Made by a program: the position numbers and the translations under genes. A stretch of DNA of 63,999 nt, the filler included, from Dirinaria sp. TL-2023a (Eukaryota): the NCBI GenBank assembly GCA_051941275.1. It is 8 parts of 8 records of this genome, joined end to end, with 100 filler letters (N's around TTAATTAATTAA, not from the genome) between each part and the next. Parts side by side here need not be neighbours in the genome. Positions count along the whole stretch, not along the records: positions 24,522 to 32,579 come from JAVEBF010001238.1; positions 32,680 to 40,719 come from JAVEBF010001239.1; 6 more parts are not named here. The stretch is one strand, 5' to 3'. Shown here piece by piece: positions 25,406-36,000 of this stretch; within the stretch, counting starts at the first letter, position 1, and every line of letters starts with the position of its first letter. A model generated the notes under the pieces. The model saw only the letters and a list, made by a program, of their open reading frames with translations, had not been told where the DNA came from and did no database searches.

Positions 25406-25600
25406 GTAGTTCCCAGCCAACTGATATGCAGCTCAAGTAGCTCAAGTAGCTCAAGACCAAAGAAGTGTATGTACTAAAGACCCGAAAAAGTAGTTCACGG
25501 CCAACTACCATGCAGCTCAAGTAGCTCAAGGCCAAAGAAGCGTGCTAAACACCTGAAAAAGTAGTTCAGGGCCAACTACCATGCAGCTCGAGTAGCTCAA
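25406..25600. repeat. ~71-84-bp tandem repeat (about 2.5 copies) with internal AGCTCAAGT sub-repeats
   Basis: GTAGTTC...GCCAACT...ATGCAGCTC(A/G)AGTAGCTCAA units start at 25406, 25490 and 25561. Confidence 0.85.
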
Positions 25601-25685
25601 CGTCCGCACGAGTTGTGCTACACAACTCATTCAATCAATCATTGGTCCATAGCATCAATCGCTCGACGATGGCCGTGCTTGAGGA

Positions 25686-25826
25686 GTCATCTGCGAAGTC
25701 ATCTGCAAAGTCATGCGCGAAGTGGTCCGCGAAGTGGTCCACAAAGTGACCTGCGAAGTAACCTGCGAAGTCGTCCGTAAAGTCATCCTCAAAGCCATCC
25801 GCAAAGTCATGCGCGAAGTCATCCAT
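25686..25826 (-). repeat. 12-bp minisatellite (~11.5 units), readable on the minus strand as xxFA tetrapeptide repeats
   Basis: Minus strand reads ATG GAT GAC TTC GCG CAT GAC TTT GCG ... The frame is open from ATG 25826 to stop 25635 (63 aa). Confidence 0.85.
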
Positions 25827-25919
25827 GTAACGGTTCTTGCAGAATTTTTGGTGCAACGTTTCTAGAACGCAAAATGGAACAGGCCAGAGAACTCGCTGGC
25901 TGAGGAGGCTGAGGAATGA

Positions 25920-25925
25920 TATAAA
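25920..25925 (+). promoter_or_regulatory. TATA box of the secreted repeat-peptide gene
   Basis: TATAAA ~170 nt before ATG 26097. A GTAAGC...TAG candidate 5'-UTR intron lies at 26040-26089. Confidence 0.55.
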
Positions 25926-26096
25926 GTTGTTCAAAATCTCCCAAGATTTTGTGATGCAGACAAGCACTCAGCACAAAGCCAACAAAAGCGGGAGAATAGC
26001 CTACCGGTATTGACGCATCTCTTTTCTCAGCATTCACAGGTAAGCAACCTTCCCGTCATAATCCGCCAATCCGGTTAAGATAAAGGTAGATTCGAA

Positions 26097-26354
26097 ATGC
26101 GTTCAATCGCCTTCCTCGGACTTCTCGCGGCCTTGTTTGCCAGCACTATCCAAGGCCTTCCACATAGTGGCTATGGTGAAGGGCCTGCCATGAAGGAACG
26201 AGAAGTAATGGTAGCCAAGCCCGTGCTCGAGGCCCGCCACTGTCCGAAAGCAGAAGAAGGGATGGCAAACCCGCCGGTACTCAACGCCCGACACTGTGTG
26301 ATGGATCCCCCCGTCTTGAATGCACGAGACAGCAAAGCCGGTCCAGTGATGTGA
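26097..26354 (+). CDS. Small secreted repeat protein; candidate RiPP (dikaritin-like) precursor
   Basis: 85 aa. Signal peptide MRSIAFLGLLAALFASTIQG, then segments ending MKER, KPVLEAR, PPVLNAR, PPVLNAR. Divergent from the DUF3328 gene on the same contig. Confidence 0.78.
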   Translation: MRSIAFLGLLAALFASTIQGLPHSGYGEGPAMKEREVMVAKPVLEARHCPKAEEGMANPPVLNARHCVMDPPVLNARDSKAGPVM

Positions 26355-29118
26355 ATGCTCGAAAACCGCTGGCCAATCCGCCTGTGTTTGACGCTTGATG
26401 TGGGTCATGGCCAATTCAGACGACTGCTCAGTATGCTAAAGTGAAACTTAGGGCACGCGAGGACAATGAACATGGCAGGAAACGAAGGACGATCTGCAGC
26501 ATAGGCGGGCGGAGAAGGAAATTCTGGGCAACTGGTGTTTGATGTAGAGTGTTGCAAGCGAGGACCATTTTACCTTTCACTCATTGAACCAACGCACTGT
26601 CATATGCTTTGATTAGAATACGCACAATCAACCTTTCATTAAGCTTTCCGTACTAGCAGTAGGTAGAAAATAATGAGAACATAATATCTTTGGTTCATCT
26701 TGATGCGACGAAAATGTAAGAGTTAGTTCCTCAGGTGCTAAAGTAAACTAGACCTTGAATGACGATTCGCTAATGGAGCCTAGTCGTAGAACCAAAGGAC
26801 CTTGTATTGCCTAATTTGAGATTTTGAATCCCTTAAGAAGTTGTGGAAGTGTCAGCAGTATTGTACCTATTCCACGACGAGGTTAATAAGCCTGAAACAT
26901 TTTGTAGATATAGAGTCCTGAAGCATTTCAGTGCCTTCTATCAATAGGTATACATCTTCAGAACTCTAAGAATGAATGCCGGATCACCTTAGCCAGCAAC
27001 GATGAAAAGAATCAGTAGAACGGTATGTTGTCATTGACGTAGCCAGTACGAGTACGCTGATTGAGGGTTGAGTTACTCGAGGTGGCCAGGTATGGCGAGC
27101 ACAGTAGAATCATGGATGACCGCTTAGCTCGTTAGAGGGATAATCTTGGGTATTCCTCGGGCGATCATTAGTTGGTCACACTAGTGGCGCTGATTCGTGA
27201 TCTCTGTAACACAGCAATGCAGCGGGAAATGCATGGAAAGTGGAATAAAGCCAGGACTGGGAGCTCATTATTGGTCTCCCACTGCACATACGGGAATGAT
27301 CGGATCCATCCGTCCGTACGAATTGATGCTCATGCAGCTGGATCATATGATTCCAACGCTGTTACGGAGGGACAATACTGCAGTTCTGGCTAGCGCAGTC
27401 AGCGAACTTGCTGGCAGAATACCTATAGACTTGTTTTGAATCATTGCCGCAGAGATCTGCTGGAGCTCATCGATGTTCACAAAGCCGCTGCTTCAGTCAC
27501 ACCGATTGCCTTAGCCAAGGTTTTATGTAGTAATACGTGAGTGGGTTCTCATGATCAATTTTCTGAGAAGGAGTACGATAGAAGTGGTAATGATCGACCT
27601 ACGACAGTAGGATTAGCGCCGCACTTTCAGCCTGACGCATACCTGTAGCCATTGGAAATCCATAATTCAGCGTACAAAAGCACATGCTGTCTGTGAGTAC
27701 CCATTGTGCATTTTCCATTCCAGTCAATGCGTACATAGTCTTGTTGCCCGGGAAAGTGCGACTGGGTGTGATTAAGCCTAAGAAGTTGCGAGAAACCAAT
27801 GATTCCCCAGTGTCTTCACAGAAAATATTATTCCAATTTATTTAAGTCATACGGTTCATGCGGTTCGGAGTTGCAGCTTCAAAATTATCGGCCTTCCACC
27901 GAGCCTTCAGGTCGAACAGCGATTCCTGGATCCAAGCGATCTGAATATTTTGAATGAAACTCTCGGTCCTAGTTAGCAGTGAAACATCTTCATAGCTCAA
28001 TTATGTTGTGCTGTTCTTCATATCAGGCAAGTCTGTCTGGTCCATGATGGCACAGCATAAGCTCGAGAATCGATCGAGTCAGCTGGGGAACTTCAGCGAC
28101 CATTAACTAGATGTATCACCATCGACATCCATAAAAGACATCTGCATAACTGAGTATGCGTAAAGCTCGGTCCCTGCTCGGTTTCTCCGTGTAACTTGAT
28201 TGAAATTTACAACCTGCGGACAATCCGGCTGCTATCAGCAATCAATTCAACGAGAGACGGGAAATTATCATTGACGTGCGGTTCCGCTCAGCCGGACCTG
28301 TTGTAGCGCCTCCACCAGACCATAGTCTTACTGAGGATACCAAAGGTAGGTCAGTCGAAAATCCGGACTATCCTTTGGTGATCATACCAGTGGCCAGAGA
28401 TGATGCCGATTGTCTATGTGTTCGAAAAGAGCAACATTCGTAGGACGCAAAGGACCGAAATTACCATGACTTGAGCAATATCTTATTGCATTCATTATCT
28501 GCAGCCGTCTAAGGGTTCCAAGACAAGAACCTTGATATACAGAGACCTCACTACGTCATCATGAGTGGTAGCCAGGAGGTAGGAAGACGAGATGATCTGC
28601 CAATCTTATGGCTCTTTCACATAAGCAAGATGTTGAAACAGGTTCTTGGAGCTCTACAGAGACAGGAGCAGCTGCAATTTCTTTTGGTCAAGGCTTGAAG
28701 GCGCTTGTTGGAAGTATTCAATGTAGTCTGATTTGACATCTTCAATACATGCGAGGAGATCATCGGAGCTACAAGTACTCATTCATCCGAAGCAGTACCT
28801 AGAAATCAATAGATGTCATGATCAGGTAGGAAAATATCTGTAGCAAAAAGATTTATTTGCACATGCCAAGACGCCAAGGTCCCAAGACCCTAGGCCTGAT
28901 CAGGAAAATCTAAATCGTAGCCGAAAATGACGTGTGTCAGCTGGTAAGGCGCGTGTTTAGAAACAGCAGACCGATATACTATATCTTCTTATATTGACCT
29001 GCCATAGACTCCACAGCATGCCTGATAGAATCTGACTGGGTTTTCGAGCTCTACTACAAAAGATCTATCGATCAGTGCAGGGACCCTGCTTACACTTAGC
29101 TCCGTGGGAAGAGAAAAG

Positions 29119-30384
29119 ATGCCGAACGACATGCCATGGCTCCATGATATTCTTGAGTCGGCACCACACGACATGGCAGATGGGCTCTTACCCTGGCATT
29201 TGGGAGTATTTGATGCCCATTGCCATCCCACTGACACTCCATCATGCATAGATAGCATCCCTTGTATGAAGGCTAAGGCTCTCACCATCATGGCTACAAG
29301 GGGAGAGGATCAAGACATTGTAGCCCAATTCTCGGACAGACTTAGCATGACACGGTCCTCAATACAGCATCTGATGAGTACAGATTCCGAGAGCAGCGGA
29401 GAATCTCAGATTGTACCATCATTCGGATGGCATCCATGGTTTTCCCATCAAATATATATTGACGCAAGTCCCGGTTCTGGAAGCGCCTTTAGCGAAGCAG
29501 AAAAGATTTATCATTACAAATCCGTTATTACTCCCGCACCGGAGGACGAGGAATTCCTAAGAGCACTACCCGATCCACGGCCTTTATCTGGCCTTTTGGA
29601 GCAAATCCGGAAATTTCTTCAGCAGTATCCGTATGCACTTGTGGGTGAGATTGGCCTAGACCGGTCATTCAGACTTCCAGAGAACTGGATGCCAAATGTC
29701 CACACGGAACGGGAGGCAGATATGACCCCAGGTGGGCGAGAGGGCCGTCGGCTTTCCCACTTCAAAGTAAACATAGATCATCAGAAATCAATATTGAAGG
29801 CGCAGCTTAAACTCGCTGGAGAGATGCAGCGAGCTGTCTCCGTACACGGTGTCGCGGCTCATGGGGTGCTTTTTGAGACTATTAAGGAATCTTGGCGTGG
29901 ATATGAGAAAGAAGTACTCAGCAAACGAGAGCGGAAGCAGAGAGAAAGCGCAATTAAAGCAACCTTGGAAGACGATGAGGCAAGTGATGAATCTTTTCAG
30001 CCAGGCCCAATGACTTCATCTCTACCTTATCCGCCTCGAATATGTCTTCATTCTTATTCTGGCCCGCCAGATACGTTGAGAGACTATTTCCATCCTTCTG
30101 TACCTGCTGAGATCTTTTGTTCTTTCTCTCTTTTGGTCAATCTCAAGTCTTCGACTGCTACAAAGACTGTGAATGTCATCAAAGCTGTGCCAGATGATAG
30201 AGTACTAGTTGAAAGCGATCTGCATTGTGCAGGGGAACAGATGGATGAATTACTTGAGCGTATGGTTAGATGTGTTTGCAAAGCTAAGAACTGGTCGCTA
30301 GAGCAAGGAGTGAAGCAGCTAAGAGCCAATTGGCTCCATTTTGTCTTTGGAAAAGACGCAGACGCTACAAGCCCGCCGATATGA
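29119..30384 (+). CDS. TatD-family metallohydrolase/DNase (Scn1-like)
   Basis: FDAHCHP, FGWHPWF, VGEIGLD, SVHGV, CLHSYSG and LVESD motifs. Confidence 0.88.
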   Translation: MPNDMPWLHDILESAPHDMADGLLPWHLGVFDAHCHPTDTPSCIDSIPCMKAKALTIMATRGEDQDIVAQFSDRLSMTRSSIQHLMSTDSESSGESQIVPSFGWHPWFSHQIYIDASPGSGSAFSEAEKIYHYKSVITPAPEDEEFLRALPDPRPLSGLLEQIRKFLQQYPYALVGEIGLDRSFRLPENWMPNVHTEREADMTPGGREGRRLSHFKVNIDHQKSILKAQLKLAGEMQRAVSVHGVAAHGVLFETIKESWRGYEKEVLSKRERKQRESAIKATLEDDEASDESFQPGPMTSSLPYPPRICLHSYSGPPDTLRDYFHPSVPAEIFCSFSLLVNLKSSTATKTVNVIKAVPDDRVLVESDLHCAGEQMDELLERMVRCVCKAKNWSLEQGVKQLRANWLHFVFGKDADATSPPI

Positions 30385-30887
30385 CTTAACAGTATTCTTG
30401 GAAGCAGCTCCGTATCAAGGTTATCACAATGATATACCCGTGATTGCAAAGCTCAGAGATCGTCCCTAGAATAGGGAGTGAAAAGGTTAAGATCTCATGG
30501 GCTGCACTTTGCAATAAACACTATGAGGCAACCGTCATAGCACAACGATTAGATCCACAACAGCACGATCTTGCCGACTGCATAACAATATATCGGTGAA
30601 TGTTCAGGGAAGCCTGTGAAAATTATGGCAGATTATCCCAACAATGATACAACCGCGCATGCGGTAGACAGCAGAAGTGTTACACCCCTGGAAGGCTCAC
30701 TACCTATGAATCTTTTCTGCTCTCTCTTTATCTCATTCAATTCCAAGTCCAGTGAATGCCCATTCTTGGTGAGTTGTGTTTTTCTGGGGGGAAAAGCATT
30801 GTGTAGGTCTTGAATCCCCACCACACTGTTCCTCTTACCAAAAATTCTACCCCAGCTATCATTAGCAGGCAGTTTTTGGAGACAATC

Positions 30888-31332
30888 ACCAGATTACAGA
30901 CTCTTTCAAGATCTCTACCGGCTTATCTACGAAATTCAATCTCCTGGTGGACCTGAATCTACTGATTACACTTCCGCTCCTCGCAAAGCGGCCTTCATAA
31001 TTACTACAGCAAGCACCTTGAGCGATCACCAGCATTGCAGACTGCTTCACGATTTGCACCAGCATATCTGCACAATCCAATCTTCCAGCAACCTGAGTCT
31101 ACTGATCCCCTTTCTTTCCTCGCAAGACGATCTTCATAATTACTCAACAGCGTTACAGACTCCGTCAAGATCTCCACTCGCCTAGTTGCACAATCCAATC
31201 TTCTGGCAATCTGACTCTACTGATCCTGCTTTCTCTTCTCGCAAAAAAATCTTCATAATTACTCAATAGCGAGCACTTTGTGGGATCAACAGCATTACAG
31301 GCTCCATCAAGATCTCCAACTGCCTATCTGCA
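30888..31332. repeat. Degenerate ~120-140-bp tandem repeat (about 3.3 copies)
   Basis: Recurring TTACAGACTC..CAAGATCTC, CAATCCAATCTTC, TCTACTGAT, CTCGCAA and CTTCATAATTACT blocks. Confidence 0.8.
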
Positions 31333-31402
31333 AAATAATAGCATTACAATCAGAAAGCTACTCATAATTAAATCTCCGAATATCTTTCTGTCGTTTTACA
31401 CA

Positions 31403-32211
31403 ATGGAAAGCTCGAATACCGCGACACCTAATGCCGCCGGCAGCAGGAAACGGGTAAGTCACCCCCTCCTTTCCTCTCCACCTACCTAACCTCTCTATTC
31501 TAAAAGACCCATACCCAAATGAGCACAAGCACCACCAACTCCCAGCAGACCACAACCAACCGCCGCCCACGAAGGCCCCATCCGCGCCATCGTCAAGGGA
31601 AGCAAATCCCGAACTACCTAGAAGAGAGCCACGATCTTCCGCCAAATCTTACACAAGAGGAAATGATTGTAGGGTATCCAAACCACTTGCGTGGTAAACT
31701 GCTGCTGCAGCTATCCAAGAACTGGACACCAACCGAAATCGCAGCGCATTGCCCTGCCCCAGAAATCAACAAGAACACCGTCGGCAAACGACTCCAAGCT
31801 GCACGCCAGCAGTTCGAACCGGGATACAAGCCGCGGACGCAGAAAAAGAGGAAAACCACAGCCCAAGCAGCTGAGGATGGCCAACCCGAGAACAGTGGCG
31901 CCACCTCAACAAGCCTCTTCCTCCCCGAGGAGACTTCCGCGCCAAACCCTTCCTCACAAGCCCCGCACCATGACGAAACCCAGCTCCTCAAGTTCCGCCA
32001 CCAAGAACAAGAGCTCCTCGAGGATCAAGGCGGGATCCTCCGCCACGCAGAGGCCATAGACCCCGATTTCACGAATCGGAACTGGCTGCCCACTAAGCTG
32101 CGAAAGGAAAATGTGGCGCTGGATCGAAGGGTCGTGAATCAGGCGGTGGTGGCGTGGGAGGAGGAGAAGGAGTTAGCGAGAGGGCTCGAGAGGGAGATGC
32201 AGGAGGGGTAA
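31403..32211 (+). CDS. Hypothetical, probably nuclear protein with YPNHL motif (2 exons)
   Basis: Exon 1 MESSNTATPNAAGSRKR; phase-0 GTAAGT...CTAAC...AAG intron 31454-31506 joins the 230-aa ORF in frame. Basic NLS-like QKKRK and GYPNHLRGKLLLQLSKNWTPTEIA segment. Confidence 0.7.
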
Positions 32212-32579
32212 GAGAGGCTGGAGGGCAGGGGTAAGGCGTAGTGGAGGTTTAGAATGAAGAAGAGTAAGAAGGTTGTTACATGGTAGGAACGGCGGAAGCA
32301 AGAAGAAAGCAGGACCCAAAGAAGTGCTTAGAAACAAATATTTCAAGAAATCATCATAGAGAATCAGTCACTACTTCAAATAGATCGCGATGGCTCTTTG
32401 CTGCTTCTTCGGTCTCTTAGATAGCATACCCAAGAAATCCAATCACGAACTCCTTAAATACCTCCATCCCTTCCCCCTCCCCTCCTCATCCAACGAGTAA
32501 AATCCAATCAACGTACATTAAAATAGTAAGCAAGCCTCTCTTGTCCATCAATTATTTCTCTCTTTCCCTATCCCCCCCC

Positions 32580-32679
32580 NNNNNNNNNNNNNNNNNNNNN
32601 NNNNNNNNNNNNNNNNNNNNNNNTTAATTAATTAANNNNNNNNNNNNNNNNNNNNNNNNNNNNNNNNNNNNNNNNNNNN
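32580..32679. other. Artificial contig linker
   Basis: N-run + TTAATTAATTAA + N-run. Confidence 0.98.
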
Positions 32680-33000
32680 GGGTTGGGGGATTTACTCAAG
32701 TTTGTGACGGTTGGGAAAAGGGGCGGTGGAGATGAAGGAGCAGTTTGACGATCTTTGGATGGAAAAAAAGGGTGGGATTGGGTTAACAGGAATTTTGAAC
32801 ATGCCTTGGGAAATTTAGCTAGGATTATAAAAACTACTTCTACGCTATAATACAAATGGCAGTGCCTACCTATCTCGCTTTCAGGAGCCAAGCGCCTCTT
32901 CAGCCCCGGCAAAAAGCCTTCGATGCATATGCCACAGCGGTTCGTTCGCCAGTCTCTTGATAGTAAGACAAATCGAAATGAATAGATTTGAGATGCTCGA

Positions 33001-36000
33001 TTACTGCCCCTCCTCCTGTTGCTCATCCTCAAAATACTCGAATTCTCGGGGTACTTCGGCTTCTTCTGACCCTTCTGCATCTTCATCCACCGCAGTCAAC
33101 ACGCCAGCAGCTTCCGCCGCCCCTCCAGAGTCTGCTCGGGTCGTGCTGGCCGCTTCTTGCTGGTTGAACGCAGCGGTGACACGGTCTTGTAGCGTTTCGG
33201 GTGCGGCTGCTGGCTTCACAGGCTTCTTGGCTTTAAGCTCCATCAGAGACTTCTCTTCAGACGGAGTCGTATCGACCAAGAGGATGACGCCGCCGGTGGG
33301 CTTCTTGACCGGCTCGTACCGACCTTCAGGGAAAGTGATGAATTTCCGCTGCATGGGAACAACTCGGGACATGTTTTCAAGATGGTAGCCGACTTTCTCT
33401 TTCTCCAACTTTTTCTTCAGACCGCCATCTTTGGATTCATCCCCTTCCTTTTTCTCCGCCCCATCGTCTTTCTCATCCTCTACCTTGACGGCGGACTCGT
33501 CAGTATCCATCTTATCGCCTAAACCGCTTGTCTTCGGCGTTGTCGGCGTTTGGTCAATATCCATGCTTTCTTGCCTCTGCTGCTTTTCCTTTTTCTGAGC
33601 TCTTCGTTTGGCTTGCGCGGTCGTGGACAGTACAGCAGTCTTCACCTTCTCAGGCGCATCTTCTGTCTTCGCTTCTTGCTCTGGTGGATAATCAAAGAGA
33701 CTTGGACGAGTCGCACTGTAGAATTTGAAGTTCGGTATTTCCAGGTCCTGGTCAATTGCGGTGATTGAGGTGGGAGCAAAGCTGAGAGACAGGAAGTGCG
33801 TCAGCGGAAACCAATACCAATACTGAATGAAGACAGCCATGCCAACAATGCCACCCATGTTCAAGTTGCCGGTCTGCGTCTGCAGGCTGATCGTGCAATT
33901 TCGGCCTCCAGCATCGATGATACCCAAAGAGATAGCGCTGCCGAATTTGGTCATCGCATCCTCATGGCGGTCTCCAATCGCTTTTTGGAGTGTCTTTCGG
34001 ATGGTCCCGACTTTGGGATTCATCGCCTCATTTTGCTGCACCATGATCATGGACAACGCAATCAGCGCACCTTGTCGCACGAAGTCTGTCGGGTCCTTGA
34101 TCATCGGTTCCAAGAGGTCGATAGCCTCGTCAAGTCCGGTCCCTGCGCATGAAATACCGAGTGCCATAGCTGCTCCGTATCGCACATGTGGGTTGTAAGA
34201 CTCGCTCAGAAGCTCCACCATGCGTGGAACACTGCTTGGCTTCCTGAACAGTATGAAGCCGAGACTGATCACCGCCATTCTCCGAACATCGTCGCTCACG
34301 TCGCTGACGGCTACATGGAGAAGCTTCCGTACAGCTTTGTTGCTTCCTGTACCGCAGTAGGCAAGGGAGAGAGTCTGTATACCGCCGTATCGGAGGATCG
34401 GATCTGGATCGTCCAGCAGCCCATTGACCAGCTCGTCCGCACCTTCTTGTCGGCCATACATGATGAGGGCCATACCAAGTGCAAGGCCTCTGACGATCTT
34501 CTCGTGCTGGGTGTCGTGAGCATACTGGATCATATCTTCCAGCGCTTTTATGCTGCCAGTGCCCAGCATGATCAAACCCATGGCAATACCAACTGCTTCT
34601 CCGTTCAGCGCCGAATCGGTGTACAGGACGCCCTTGAGATCCTCGTAGATGCCTTCATCTCCGGTGGCCATGCCTGCTACGCCGAGGCCTAGCGCGCCGC
34701 CGTGCTGCACGACTTCCTCGGTCGCCGTCTTGAAATGGTTGCGTATGAGGTCCAAGGCGAACGTCTCGTGGTTCGCATAGATGAGGCCCAGCGCGTACAA
34801 CGAGCCTCCTTGGCTGTAGGCCGAACCCGTATTGGTTCCTGAAACTTGATCCTTGGGCAGGTAAGGCTCCAGCAATTTTTGTCCTTGTCCAAGATTGCCT
34901 CGATGAATCACGCCAAGCGCTGCTGTGGCAGTAAACTTGGACCAATTGACCGCTTTACCAAGCCACTCCAGATTATCTCGAAAGAATTTGTCGTTCATCG
35001 TACCTGCGTGCATGAATGCATTTGCCAAAGTAACAGCGGTATGGAAGATGGAGTTCCTCGCTTCAAGGCTGTCCTTTATCTTGTTCAAGATCGCCATGTC
35101 GGTATGGTTGTTTCGGTACAGGAACTCCAGATCCAACTCAATCGATTTTGTGCCTTGAAGTATTGTTCTTATTGATTCGTAAGCCTTCTTTGCATCTTCT
35201 GACATATCCTCTTCTGATCGAGGCCCATCACTAGAGGACCCTTCAAGGAGTGGATCGCTCTCTTTAGCACCTTCGCCGCTGTCCTCCTGCATTTCCTCCG
35301 AATCCTCGGTCGCAGCAGGTGCAGGTGGCTTTGGCAATCCTTCTCTGACCTTTTTCAAGAATTCCTGAGTGCTATTGTCGTAAAGGTCGAAGGCGATTTG
35401 ATAGGCGATGGCTAGCGACTTTGCGTTTTTCTTTTGGACAAGCTGGACCAGCATCTCAGATGCCATTGCGTGCTCGTTCAAATAGACAATGCATCTGGCA
35501 ATCGAAAAATAGTCAGGGGATGGAATGTCTTGCAAGAGGTCGAGGATAAGCCGCAGAAGCTGTGTTGGCAGTGTCAGTATATTTGGAAGCCAATGGTGAT
35601 CGCAGTTGTAGCGTACCTCATTGCGCAGGGATCGCTCCTGAACAATGTCCATACATATCTCGAGGAGGTACTCCAATAGCTCTTCTCCACGCGGTGTTTT
35701 AGTTGCGAGCGGTTTGTTCTCTCTCTTTTCGTCTTCAGAGGCTCGGAGGAAGGTTTTCTTCAATACGTCCAGCTTGCGAGCCTCGACGGCAATGCCGACC
35801 ACTTGCCGATACCGTCCATCCCGAAAGCAGCGTTCGAAGAGCTGGTCTATGACCGCCTGCAGCTGCTGTTGGAAACCGCTTTGCGACGCTACTGAAGATG
35901 GAAGGGCTCCAGGAACAGCCGTTTCACCATCTATCTGTACCGACTGATCCTGATTGCTTATGCTGTCTTGACGAGAAAGAAGCGATCTTGATGGGAGCGT

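Noticed and set aside
25406..25600. CRISPR-like repeat-spacer array
   Set aside because: Eukaryotic context, the inter-repeat segments resemble each other, and there are no cas genes; it is a plain tandem repeat.
29119..30384. TatD nuclease as a member of the RiPP locus
   Set aside because: Scn1/TatD is a widely conserved gene 2.8 kb away with no known link to DUF3328 pathways; more likely the flanking boundary.
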